A stretch of DNA of 64,000 nt from an uncultured candidate division Zixibacteria bacterium (GTDB lineage Bacteria; Zixibacteria; MSB-5A5; GN15; FEB-12), in the NCBI GenBank assembly GCA_963664195.1, contig OY760907.1:864001-928000 (forward strand), given 5' to 3'. A model generated the notes under the pieces. The model did not search any database, was not told where the DNA came from, and saw only the letters and a program-made list of their open reading frames with translations. Position numbers and translations under genes: made by a program. Shown here in pieces: positions 41,317 through 50,992 of the stretch. Each line of letters opens with the position of its first letter. Positions within the stretch are counted from its first letter, which is position 1.

Positions 41317-41478
41317 TACCGATACGAATCGTTTGTGCACAAATCATTTGTATGAGAATAGCGTCTATTGGAAGGAATGTCAATAGTAAAACGATTCTCA
41401 CGTAAATAACGGGCATTTAACGACATACGCCGCATGAGCGCACAACATGTTGACTTTGGGAAGGAATCAGACTATTAT
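41317..41478. promoter_or_regulatory. divergent sigma70 promoters with MarR-type operator array
   Basis: Minus: TTGACA(41378-83)-17-TATTCT. Plus: TTGACT(41450)-17-TATTAT. Palindrome TTTGTGCACAAA at 41332-41343 with degenerate copies 15 bp either side. Confidence 0.7.
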
Positions 41479-41569
41479 GTCAGGAACCGAATGGGGACTC
41501 ATTTTGCTACTAGGGAGGCCAGGTTTCACGAGAGGTCGTCGACTTTCCCATTCGGTCTGGAGAGAGGAT

Positions 41570-42157
41570 ATGGCAGAGGAATCCAAAAAAGTCCTGTCGC
41601 GCAGCGACCAGAACACGAAGAACCCGGAGGCAGCGTCCATTCAGTCACCGCAGGTGCCACTTGAGCGTTTCGATCTTCAGATCCTGCAGTCTATTCGGCG
41701 GATCATGCGGGCTGTGGACATATACTCACGCAAACTGAGGACGCAGTGCAAGCTGACTGCCCCACAACTGGTTTGTCTCGGCACGGTCGTCGAGCACGGA
41801 CCGCTGACCGTTTCGGGGGTCGCTCAGCGTGTGTTTCTCAGCCCGAGTACTGTCGTTGGCATTCTTGACAGACTGGAGGCGCGGGGATTGGTGAGGCGCG
41901 AAAGGGACACGTCTGATCGACGTGTCGTCAACACTCTGGCAACTCCGGCCGGTCACGAAATCGCTGCCAAGGCACCCTCTCCGTTGCAAGACGGGCTGCA
42001 CGGAGCCTTGAAGGGTCTCCCTGTTCTTGAGCAGGCGACGATAGCCCTTTCGCTGCAGAGGGTTGTCGATCTGATGGAGGCGGGACATATCGACGCGGCA
42101 CCGATACTTGAGACGGCTCCCATAGACGGCAAGATAGAAGTGGGTCCCGGCGAGTAG
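41570..42157 (+). CDS. MarR family regulator, EctR/CosR-like
   Basis: ILQSIRRIMRAVDIYSRKL..LTAPQL, APSPLQD, SLQRVVDLMEA..IDAAPIL. Confidence 0.85.
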   Translation: MAEESKKVLSRSDQNTKNPEAASIQSPQVPLERFDLQILQSIRRIMRAVDIYSRKLRTQCKLTAPQLVCLGTVVEHGPLTVSGVAQRVFLSPSTVVGILDRLEARGLVRRERDTSDRRVVNTLATPAGHEIAAKAPSPLQDGLHGALKGLPVLEQATIALSLQRVVDLMEAGHIDAAPILETAPIDGKIEVGPGE

Positions 42158-42194
42158 AAAAGATTCCGCCGACGGATTGTCCAGTTGGATACAC

Positions 42195-42224
42195 ACGCCG
42201 GCCCCGATCGGGGGGCGTTTTTTG
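42195..42224 (+). terminator. terminator after the MarR gene
   Basis: GC hairpin (cccc-gatc-gggg) followed by T6. Confidence 0.6.
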
Positions 42225-42292
42225 TACCTGAGGACAAGCTCAAACGCACATTGCTACTTCTCCTGAACGCCTAGATACTCTATACTGCGATC

Positions 42293-42940
42293 ATGGATAT
42301 CCCAATTCTTGATTTTGATCATCTGTCGGTAGTCTTGAAAACCTGTGCCGCCGTTTTTGACAACAACGAACGCTTCATGCTGTCAGATACTGTGATCTCC
42401 CAGGCTATCAGTAGATTCAAAGACAATTCAGCCATTGAGGAAGTACTCCCCAAAGTCATCTTGATCAATTCCTTCTACTCAACTCAGATATATAGCACTG
42501 AACGCATTGCCGATCACATCATCAGCGCCGACATCGATAGTCGACTGCACGACGGCGACCCATCGGTGGTGGGAGACATCCGGCGGAGACACGGGATCAA
42601 GACGAAGAAGACCGACAAGGAAATCGACTTCTACTCGTTTGCGACGAAGTATGCGGCTCTTCATGAGCCGCAGAGATATGCCATCTTCGACGGGCTAGTG
42701 ATGAGATTGCTGACTGCTCTGAACGCACAACTGGGTTTCTGCCCGAGGTTCGCGCAGCCTGACCTTCGCGACTACTCCAGATACCTGTCGGTGGTTGACT
42801 CACTGGCAGACAGCACCGGCCTGAGTTCACTCAGATACAAGCATCTGGACCAAGGACTGTGGATCTATGCAAAATTCCTGTACTCTCCCGTCAACCTGTC
42901 GGAAAACGAAAGACACGTAATTCGCGATTGCCACCGCTGA
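42293..42940 (+). CDS. conserved-looking hypothetical protein
   Basis: 215-aa ORF with INSFYSTQI and YSFATKY..H.P..YAIFD motifs. Confidence 0.7.
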   Translation: MDIPILDFDHLSVVLKTCAAVFDNNERFMLSDTVISQAISRFKDNSAIEEVLPKVILINSFYSTQIYSTERIADHIISADIDSRLHDGDPSVVGDIRRRHGIKTKKTDKEIDFYSFATKYAALHEPQRYAIFDGLVMRLLTALNAQLGFCPRFAQPDLRDYSRYLSVVDSLADSTGLSSLRYKHLDQGLWIYAKFLYSPVNLSENERHVIRDCHR

Positions 42941-42952
42941 CGTAATCCCCTC

Positions 42953-44218
42953 CTATTTCTTCCGCAACTGCCTCAGCATTGTCACCGCATTGTAGTTCTC
43001 GGGGTCCAGGTCCAGTGATTTCTGGTAGTTGACTATCGACTGCACCGTGTCGCCGGCAGCCATCAGACTTTCGCCGTAACTGTCATACGTATTGGAAGAC
43101 TCCGGATAGACCTCCGTGTTCAGTCTGAATACGGCCACCGCCTCCGGAATCATCTCACGAAACAGCAGTTGATATCCAAGTGTGTTCAGTTGCCGTTCGC
43201 CGAAGTCATAGCGGTCCGGCCCGGTTGACTTCAGTTCATGGAAGCGCGCAATTGCCGCCTCAATGCCTTGTTCAACAATCGCGTGTGTCAACGGATCGCA
43301 AATCGATATCGCCGCCTGTCCCTCCCGTTCGAGCTCGCGATGAATCGCCGGCAGGAGAAGTTCGTAGGCGGTGTGAGTCCCCTTGATATCCCAGATACGC
43401 CATTTCAACAGACCAGGATCGGCCAGTTCCTTTTCCCGGGTGTATCCCAGCTTGATTCCGTCGGAGACGAGCGCCGTAGCATAGTCAAGCATCGCAGTAT
43501 GTTCCACCATCTCCCCCGCGTTTGCAGTTGGGCCGTGACCGGGGATGATCGTTACATCGGGGGCAATCGAGTCAGACATCTGTCGGACGTGCTCGGTGTA
43601 CCGCGAAGGGCACCCGCCACGACCGTCGTCAACGAACGCAATCCGTTTCGAGAAATAGGCGTCTCCCGTACAGAGCAGCCTGGATTCCTCGAAATAGATC
43701 AGCAGGTCACCGTCGGTATGCACGTTCGGCACGTGCCACGCACGTATGTGATCACCGTTGAAGGTAAGCGTGAACTCGTCGTCGACGGCAAGATCGACCG
43801 GCGGTTTCGCAACCGTTGACGGCAGCGCGAAATACTCCCCCGCCATTCGACGGGCGGTTGCCCGGTGAGCAACGACCGTAGCCTCATCGGCCAGAGTGTC
43901 CACCGCGCCGATATGGTCAAAGTGAGAATGGGTGACGATTACATATTTGATATCCGCTCCCGGCTTCAGTTCCCGGACGGCGGCGATCAGTTTTTCTGCG
44001 GTTTCCTGATAACCCGCATCAACCAGCAGAATCCCGTCGTCACCAACCGATGCCACCACTGCAACGCTGTCGCGACCGATCGCGCAGTCTAACCGATACA
44101 GATGGTCGTTCAATTGGCTGACGAACACTTCGGGTGTTCCCGGACCGGGGCGATGCGCATAGCAGGCGGCGGCAAGCACGAGCAGTATTAATATAGTAGT
44201 GCAAGTCTTCTTCATCAT
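42953..44218 (-). CDS. exported MBL-fold metallohydrolase with C-terminal TPR
   Basis: THSHFDH, HTDGD, IPGHG; LNTLGYQLL..NTYDSYGE. Confidence 0.9.
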   Translation of the reverse strand: MMKKTCTTILILLVLAAACYAHRPGPGTPEVFVSQLNDHLYRLDCAIGRDSVAVVASVGDDGILLVDAGYQETAEKLIAAVRELKPGADIKYVIVTHSHFDHIGAVDTLADEATVVAHRATARRMAGEYFALPSTVAKPPVDLAVDDEFTLTFNGDHIRAWHVPNVHTDGDLLIYFEESRLLCTGDAYFSKRIAFVDDGRGGCPSRYTEHVRQMSDSIAPDVTIIPGHGPTANAGEMVEHTAMLDYATALVSDGIKLGYTREKELADPGLLKWRIWDIKGTHTAYELLLPAIHRELEREGQAAISICDPLTHAIVEQGIEAAIARFHELKSTGPDRYDFGERQLNTLGYQLLFREMIPEAVAVFRLNTEVYPESSNTYDSYGESLMAAGDTVQSIVNYQKSLDLDPENYNAVTMLRQLRKK

Positions 44219-44587
44219 CTGACGATTCTCCTTCAATCTCTCTATCCAAACCGCAAGGCAGTTAACGCCTGGACACGTCTTCGTGTACTTCGAAAACAGT
44301 CAATGTGATGATTAAGAGGCAAGCAACTCTTTTTTCCAAAGCGCCGGAGCTTCAGGTTGGGGCACAGATTCCGATTAAAGGACAGAATGAGTATTCCTTG
44401 GAAGATCGACCCTGAGTTCTTATATTCACGATATCAACTTCGACGAAACATCTTCTGCTGAGCTACGTGAGGTATCTCAGGAGATGCGCATATACAAACC
44501 GTGAGGTCTGGCCCTGCCGGACTCCGGTGGGACTACTACAATTGAACCCGCAACGAACGTACGCTTTTTATCGTAGAGGGATTTCTT

Positions 44588-46795
44588 ATGTCTGCAGCAC
44601 GAACACTAACCTGTATCATGATTGCTCTCGTATTGACCTGTTCAGCACTGGCCGATGTGCCACGGGTCGTGTCGTATCAGGGACGACTGCTCAACTCCGG
44701 CGGTCAACCGGCCGATACGACCGTGGACTTGACGTTTTCGATCTACTCCGATACTGCCCGGACCAAACTGATTTGGGATGAAACGCATCCGGGAGTGGTC
44801 GTAACCGACGGCACCTTCTCAGTATTGCTCGGTTCGGTTGAAACCATGCCCACTGGATTTTTCGACGGCGCATTGCACGGATTGACAGTAACGGTAGGTT
44901 CCGACGCAGAGATGCTTCCGCCGGTGCCGATGGTATCGATGACGTACGCGCTTCGCTCACTCGTCGCCGACAGTGCGCTGGCCGTGAATCTCACCGACGG
45001 CTCTCTGCCGCTTGACGCGCTGGCACGCGACGAAGCAACCGACGGCTACGTACTCAAATACAGCGTCGCGGATTCCGCGTGGATTCCTGCTGAAGACCTC
45101 CAGGGCAGCGTCGGAACCGCAGGTGGCTGGACCGACCTTGGCACCGTGGTTCGTCAGCAGACCCTGACCGACCGGGTGGCGCTCGGCACGGCAACTCCTC
45201 TCGGCAAACTTCATGTCGAAGCTCCCGATGTCAACACTCCGGCCCTGCACCTGGAAGGCAGCAGCCGGGATATTGTCTGGCGAAGCGGCGAGCATTTGCA
45301 GGTAGGAGAATGGGACGGCACTACCTTCGAGGAGCACCTCCGGATTACAAACACCGGCGACGTCGGTTTCGGCACGGGTGCCCCTCTTGCCCATCTGCAT
45401 ATTATGGGCGAGGATCTGGGTGTGACTGAAGACGCTATCCGATTCGACGACCTTGTTGTGGAGGATCAGGATGCTGTGATGAGCCTGTACAGCAATGCAG
45501 CCGGCAGCGCGGGATCGGCGTTCGGACTGGGCGAGATCGACCCGGCCACCGGCGATTTGGTGGACAAATGGGGTTTCGCCAGATTGACCTCCGGAGCAAA
45601 CAGCGATCTTCGCCTCACCTTCGGAACCAACCCGCATCCGTACGACAACATTACCACGATGGCATTTACCTCCAGCGGCCATGTCGGGATCGGCACCAAC
45701 TCACCGGACGACGCCAAGCTGCAGGTTTCGACCAGTCTCGACCATGCAATCATCGGCAGCAGCTACATCTATACTTCCGGCGACTCGTGCGTTGGTGTAC
45801 TTGGCACCGCCGGTGTCGGAGTGTCCGGATACCCGGTCGGCGTTATCGGACGCGCAACAACGGGCACCGGCGTACTTGGTGTCGGCAATGACGAAGGGAG
45901 CGGCTGTGGTGTGATCGGCAGGGGAATGACCGGCGTCAAAGGACAAGCTGACGATGCTACCTACAGCGTAGGCGTCCTCGGCGAAGCTGCGAACTCAGCC
46001 TACTCGGTTGGCGTTCACGGCACGGCGGGAGCCGGGATCAGCAACGGTGCAGGTGTCAAGGGGGAAGCATTTTACTCGACTTCGATAGGCGTTCACGGCG
46101 TCGCCGAGGGACTAAACGGACGTGCCGTCCGGGGTGAGGCAACCAACAGTTCCGGTTCCGGGCAGGGATACGGCGGTTGGTTTTCATCTGACGCGGGGTT
46201 GGGGCGCGGTGTATTCGGAGAGTGCTCCGGCGCCAATGGTACCGGCGTGTATGCGCTTGCCTCGGGAACCTCCGGCACCGGCATCTATGCCCAGGGGGGG
46301 GTCTCAGGCAAAGCAGCGACATTCAGAGGCAATGTGCAAATCCTCGCCCGCGGGACAGGTTCTCCCGTACTTGAGCTTGGCGAAGGCCTCGATTACGCCG
46401 AAGGATTCGACGTCACCGGGCACGACAATATCACGGCGGGAATGGTACTCGCAATCGATCCGCAAAACCCCGGTCAGCTCGCCCTTGCCGACGAACCGTA
46501 CGACACAAAAGTGGCGGGTATCGTTGCCGGTGCAAACGGACTTGGCTCCGGAGTGCGGCTTGGCGGGAAGAGCTTTGATCGCAATGTCGCCCTCGCGGGA
46601 CGCGTGTATTGTTACGCTGACGCCTCGAACGGTGCAATCGAACCGGGCGACTTGCTGACGACTTCCAGCAAACCGGGCCACGCCATGAAAGTCGATGACT
46701 ACTCCCGAGCTCGGGGTGCGATCCTCGGCAAAGCAATGGAACCGCTGGCGCAGGGCGAGACGGGAATGATCCTCGTACTCGTCACGTTGCAGTAA
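44588..46795 (+). CDS. secreted Gly-rich fibre-like protein with probable C-terminal chaperone/autocleavage domain
   Basis: Signal peptide, YQGRL N-domain, VGIGT repeats, GVxG repeats, DYAEGF..VALAGRV..PGDLLTTS. Confidence 0.75.
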   Translation: MSAARTLTCIMIALVLTCSALADVPRVVSYQGRLLNSGGQPADTTVDLTFSIYSDTARTKLIWDETHPGVVVTDGTFSVLLGSVETMPTGFFDGALHGLTVTVGSDAEMLPPVPMVSMTYALRSLVADSALAVNLTDGSLPLDALARDEATDGYVLKYSVADSAWIPAEDLQGSVGTAGGWTDLGTVVRQQTLTDRVALGTATPLGKLHVEAPDVNTPALHLEGSSRDIVWRSGEHLQVGEWDGTTFEEHLRITNTGDVGFGTGAPLAHLHIMGEDLGVTEDAIRFDDLVVEDQDAVMSLYSNAAGSAGSAFGLGEIDPATGDLVDKWGFARLTSGANSDLRLTFGTNPHPYDNITTMAFTSSGHVGIGTNSPDDAKLQVSTSLDHAIIGSSYIYTSGDSCVGVLGTAGVGVSGYPVGVIGRATTGTGVLGVGNDEGSGCGVIGRGMTGVKGQADDATYSVGVLGEAANSAYSVGVHGTAGAGISNGAGVKGEAFYSTSIGVHGVAEGLNGRAVRGEATNSSGSGQGYGGWFSSDAGLGRGVFGECSGANGTGVYALASGTSGTGIYAQGGVSGKAATFRGNVQILARGTGSPVLELGEGLDYAEGFDVTGHDNITAGMVLAIDPQNPGQLALADEPYDTKVAGIVAGANGLGSGVRLGGKSFDRNVALAGRVYCYADASNGAIEPGDLLTTSSKPGHAMKVDDYSRARGAILGKAMEPLAQGETGMILVLVTLQ

Positions 46796-46807
46796 GGAAA
46801 GACCGTT

Positions 46808-47902
46808 ATGAAACTCCAAAGAATAGCAAAAATGCTCTTCGGTCTGATCCTGCTGTGGCTGGCGGTGGGTACAGGGGTGGCAATACCGACCTCGGTTAGC
46901 GCGGAGGAAAACTCGAACCCCGTGATCGTCGAAATTGAGCCACTTGATCCGCCTCGGGAATGGCGCATTCTCGAGGACGACATCATGGTAACCGAGGAGT
47001 GGTACGAAAAGCAGAAGACGGACAAGACCTGTTGGTCGAGCAACTTCTGGCCCGGCGATGTCGTACCGTACGTGATCCATTCAAGCGTTGATTCCGCACG
47101 GACCGAAGTCATCATGTCCGCCTTTGCCACCTGGGAACGCGTATGCGATATCAACTTTGTGCCGCGATCAGGCCAGGATGATTTCATACGAATCATTGCG
47201 GATTCTTCGACCAACAGCTCCTTTGTCGGCCCGCAGGGCGGACGACAGGATGTGAAGATTAGCAGTTGGGGCCGTATCACGGTCTGCCACGAGCTGAACC
47301 ACGCCATGGGATTTTTCCACGAACAGTCACGCCCGGACCGCGTCAACTACGTCCAGATCAACTGGGACAATATCGATAACGACATGGACTACAACTTTGA
47401 AATACACCCGGTGTCAGGGCGCTGGACGGGACGCTACGACTTCAATTCCATAATGCACTACAGTTCCTGTGCCTTCGCAAAACCCGGTTGTTCCCCCGGA
47501 TGCTGCACGACTATTACCGTACTTCCGCCGTATCACGACGAATTTCAGACCGTCCTTGGCAACCGCACGGAGTTAAGTCACATGGACTCGCTCACAGCCA
47601 AGTTCATGTTTTCGGATCACACCGACTGGAGTTTCACTGCGGTGCGCATGGCGGCGGACTACGGAACGTTTGCCAATCCGTACACGTCGTGGTGGAACGC
47701 GTTCAATCTAATGCCGGTGGGTGACACGTTATGGATGCTGGAGGGTGAGTATTTTGAAGCCTCGGGCGTGTACTCAAAGGAGGCATTGATACACAACGCG
47801 CTGGAGCCGGTGACGATTGGGCCTGATGAGTCGAGCGGCATCTGGTTCGGGATCAACGGTCAGATCAAGATGTACCCGGATGGCGGGATAGAGGTGTTTT
47901 GA
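46808..47902 (+). CDS. astacin (M12A) metallopeptidase
   Basis: HELNHAMGFFHEQSRPDR, SIMHY. Confidence 0.92.
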   Translation: MKLQRIAKMLFGLILLWLAVGTGVAIPTSVSAEENSNPVIVEIEPLDPPREWRILEDDIMVTEEWYEKQKTDKTCWSSNFWPGDVVPYVIHSSVDSARTEVIMSAFATWERVCDINFVPRSGQDDFIRIIADSSTNSSFVGPQGGRQDVKISSWGRITVCHELNHAMGFFHEQSRPDRVNYVQINWDNIDNDMDYNFEIHPVSGRWTGRYDFNSIMHYSSCAFAKPGCSPGCCTTITVLPPYHDEFQTVLGNRTELSHMDSLTAKFMFSDHTDWSFTAVRMAADYGTFANPYTSWWNAFNLMPVGDTLWMLEGEYFEASGVYSKEALIHNALEPVTIGPDESSGIWFGINGQIKMYPDGGIEVF

Positions 47903-48026
47903 GTGTCTTGCGATAAGCACGCCCTCAGTCAACACAAACCCAAATGTGATTGGCATTGCACTCTTCAATCCGTAGATTAGAGAAAGTAGACGAACTCAAC
48001 TCTATCGCCACGTTTGGAATGATACA

Positions 48027-48617
48027 ATGAATCAAAAAGACTCCGGTCACGCCGGCACAATCGCTGTCGATGTCGTCAAAGCTGCATTCACAAGCCAGAT
48101 GCATGCCGCGCTTTCTATGTTTCGTATTGCTGTCGAGAAATGCCCCGAAGAGCTTTGGGCCGACAAGAGCTACACGAATCCATTCTGGCGGATTGCCTAC
48201 CACGCACTTTATTTCACGCACTTCTATACGCAGCCGACCGCTGAAGATTTCACTCCCTGGGAAAAACACCAGACGTTTCTTCAGGACCTCGATGACGTCC
48301 CTGCTCCGCCGGACATTCAGGTGCTGGGCGAACTGCCGCACCGTCCGCCGCAAACCGGCGTGCCGCTCACAAAAGCTGAGATATTGGAATACCGGGAACT
48401 GTGCGAAAACACCCTCGACAGTGCAATCGACGCCATCGACATCACTTCCCCCGAGAGTGGATTCAGTTGGTACAGAATCCCGAAGCTCGAACACCTGTTT
48501 GTAGCGCTCCGGCACTTGCAGCTTCATACCGGGCAGCTTGGCGAACGGATCAGAACAACTGCCAATGTCGGCGTGGGCTGGGTAGGCGCCAAAGGACGCC
48601 CACCTTTCCCGGAGTAA
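48027..48617 (+). CDS. DinB family protein
   Basis: FWRIAYH, RHLQLHTGQL. Confidence 0.8.
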   Translation: MNQKDSGHAGTIAVDVVKAAFTSQMHAALSMFRIAVEKCPEELWADKSYTNPFWRIAYHALYFTHFYTQPTAEDFTPWEKHQTFLQDLDDVPAPPDIQVLGELPHRPPQTGVPLTKAEILEYRELCENTLDSAIDAIDITSPESGFSWYRIPKLEHLFVALRHLQLHTGQLGERIRTTANVGVGWVGAKGRPPFPE

Positions 48618-48808
48618 GCGCCGTTTTCGCAATCACGAACAACCGGGCACGGGCACTCTTTTGGCGTGAACAATTCGGGTGTTGCGGGCATTACATATCG
48701 TAATTAGCCTATCGCGGCCTTGGGAAACAGGTTGACTCGCGGCCGGGTTGGCAGCACATTCCGAAAAGCACAATCTTAAAGGCAGATTCGTACTGGGAGT
48801 ATCAAGGC

Positions 48809-49474
48809 ATGAAGAAGTTTCTCGTAGCGGCAGTATGTTTGACGGTGATTATCGCCCTCGTCGGTTGTGGCATGTCACGCAAAGAGCGCGGCGCCCTGAT
48901 CGGTGCCGGTGGCGGCGCGGTAGTCGGCGGCGTAATCGGTAACCAGGCCGGTAACACGGCCGTCGGCGCAATCCTTGGCGCGGTAGTCGGTGGAGCGGCA
49001 GGAGCCTACATCGGAAACTACATGGACAAACAGGCCGAAGAGATTGAGCGGGACCTTGAAGGTGCCACTGTGACGCGTGTCGGCGAAGGAATCAAAATCA
49101 CGTTTGCTTCCGGCATTTTGTTCGACGTCAACAAGTCCAATCTTCGCGATGAGGGCTACACCAATTTGCAGAACCTCGCCGAAATCCTCAACAAGTATCC
49201 GGATACGGAAATCCTGGTCGAGGGTCACACCGACGCTACCGGCACTCGCGACTACAATATGACGCTGTCACTTCGTCGGGCGCAGTCGGCCGTCAATAAC
49301 ATGGCCGGTTTGGGCGTGACGGCGACGCGGTTCCACATAATGGGCTACGGTCCGGATCAGCCGGTAGGCGACAACGCGACCGAGGCGGGTCGCCAGGCCA
49401 ACCGTCGCGTGGAAATCGCTATCTACGCCAACGACAAACTCAAAGGCACTGCAGAGAAGCAGATCGAAGGTTAG
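48809..49474 (+). CDS. OmpA-family lipoprotein with glycine zipper
   Basis: LVGC lipobox, GHTD, NRRVEI. Confidence 0.93.
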   Translation: MKKFLVAAVCLTVIIALVGCGMSRKERGALIGAGGGAVVGGVIGNQAGNTAVGAILGAVVGGAAGAYIGNYMDKQAEEIERDLEGATVTRVGEGIKITFASGILFDVNKSNLRDEGYTNLQNLAEILNKYPDTEILVEGHTDATGTRDYNMTLSLRRAQSAVNNMAGLGVTATRFHIMGYGPDQPVGDNATEAGRQANRRVEIAIYANDKLKGTAEKQIEG

Positions 49475-49496
49475 AGCAAGCTTCGAGAAGCAATTG

Positions 49497-49530
49497 AGGC
49501 GGTCTGCCGGAAACAGTAGGCCGCCTTTTC
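49497..49530 (+). terminator. terminator after the OmpA gene
   Basis: aggcggtctgc...gtaggccgcct followed by T-run. Confidence 0.65.
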
Positions 49531-49542
49531 TACGCGCATTGC

Positions 49543-49680
49543 GTGCGGTTGGACGACCTCAAAACACAAACCCTTACCCGCTATGTGCTGTTGGACGACC
49601 CCATCCGACAGCTATCAACGAAACAACACGTCACTTCCGAGGCCGTCAGGTGGGGACACACCGTGTCGCTGACACCTTAC
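49543..49680. repeat. REP-like cluster (families C and B)
   Basis: Matches to the 18552 and 28339 elements. Confidence 0.7.
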
Positions 49681-49823
49681 GGCTCATACAAGGGAAAGGT
49701 CGGTGCCTTCCGGCCTACCCCTTGCCTCTCCCGAACAGGACGCTGAAGTCTATCGTGAATGACGGGCCGACTTTTCTTTGTCTAGGTCGCCCCGCTGGTT
49801 CTCTTTTGATCACAGACAAATCT

Positions 49824-50984
49824 CTATAACTCGTTAAAGGCAATCACCGCCATGCCTCCCGCGCCCTCGCGAGTGATGCTGCCCAGGTGACGGTCGTAGT
49901 GGAAATTGGCGCTGTTGTGTGCGATGATATCGTTGGCCACGATCGATCCGTAGAAATCCCCGGAGTTTCGCAAGTCGGCAGACCCGTTCGGCGAGTAGAA
50001 TGTGGCGGACATTCCGCCGCTGTTCTTGAGCACGAAATCGCCCTGCGAGTAAATGATCAGGTCGCCCGGTGCGCCGCCCGCATTCATTGAGGCGGAATTC
50101 TTCAGTTCAATATCTCCGGTCACGTAGATAGTTACGTCCGCGCCCGGTGCCACTTCAAGCGATGCCGAATTCTTCAGCGTAATGTCGGAGAAGTAGTACA
50201 CTCCGCTGGAAAGAGTCACGGTGCCGGTGCTCAGTAGTGTCCCCGACCCCGCGTCATAAGAGTACGACCCGGATAGCCCGGTGCCTGCGTCATTGACGGT
50301 CTCCGCCCAGTCGAATTCGCTCTGGGGAATGTCCGGTATTTCCCGTTCCGGGGCGGCATCTGTAGTCGTACCGGTGACGGTGGCTCCAACATGAACGTAT
50401 GCACCTCCGGCAAGCGCCGAGGCAACATCGCCGCCCACGAAAGCACCGTTTCTGACAACGATATTTCCGTTTGAACCGACATCGCCGCTTTCATTGAGCC
50501 GGGTAGCGGCGTAGCTACCCGAATCTGAATTGTAGGAGTCCGTAACGAAACCGTTCTTGATCTCCACGTAACTCTTGGCAAAAAACGCATTGGCAAACGG
50601 GTTGAACGTCCCCGGGGCCACCCACAACTCTATTACTGCTCGAGATCCGAGGAACTCGCCTGTGGACCGCAGGACTACCGTGTCTACCAATGCGGAGTCG
50701 ATCGTCGAATCCACAACTACAACGGAATACGTCCCGTTGCTGTACGACACATTGCTAAAACCGGCATTCCAGGACGGGTTGCTGCTTACCTCGGCGTAAG
50801 CGCGACGTGCCCCGGATTGCGAAATATAAAAGGCCTTGTCCGCATGCAGTTGATTGAAGGACAGCTCGTTTTCTGAAACCGATGATTCAATAGCCATTAG
50901 CCCCAGCATAGATACCATGCCGATTATTATCAGAGAAATCAGAATGGCACTGCCCTTTTCGTTTCTTAACCTGGACTTATCCAT
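49824..50984 (-). CDS. PilX-like minor pilin with C-terminal repeat domain
   Basis: EKG/SAILISL (no Glu5), AFYISQSG, repeated LKNS. Confidence 0.8.
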   Translation of the reverse strand: MDKSRLRNEKGSAILISLIIIGMVSMLGLMAIESSVSENELSFNQLHADKAFYISQSGARRAYAEVSSNPSWNAGFSNVSYSNGTYSVVVVDSTIDSALVDTVVLRSTGEFLGSRAVIELWVAPGTFNPFANAFFAKSYVEIKNGFVTDSYNSDSGSYAATRLNESGDVGSNGNIVVRNGAFVGGDVASALAGGAYVHVGATVTGTTTDAAPEREIPDIPQSEFDWAETVNDAGTGLSGSYSYDAGSGTLLSTGTVTLSSGVYYFSDITLKNSASLEVAPGADVTIYVTGDIELKNSASMNAGGAPGDLIIYSQGDFVLKNSGGMSATFYSPNGSADLRNSGDFYGSIVANDIIAHNSANFHYDRHLGSITREGAGGMAVIAFNEL

Positions 50985-50992
50985 ATTCGCTC

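Noticed and set aside
34782..42940. Integrative island anchored at tRNA-Asn
   Set aside because: No integrase and no duplicated tRNA 3' end (att site) found by eye
42953..44218. Beta-lactam resistance call for the MBL gene (and antibiotic kinase call for 55040-56026)
   Set aside because: Only superfamily motifs are visible; substrate cannot be inferred
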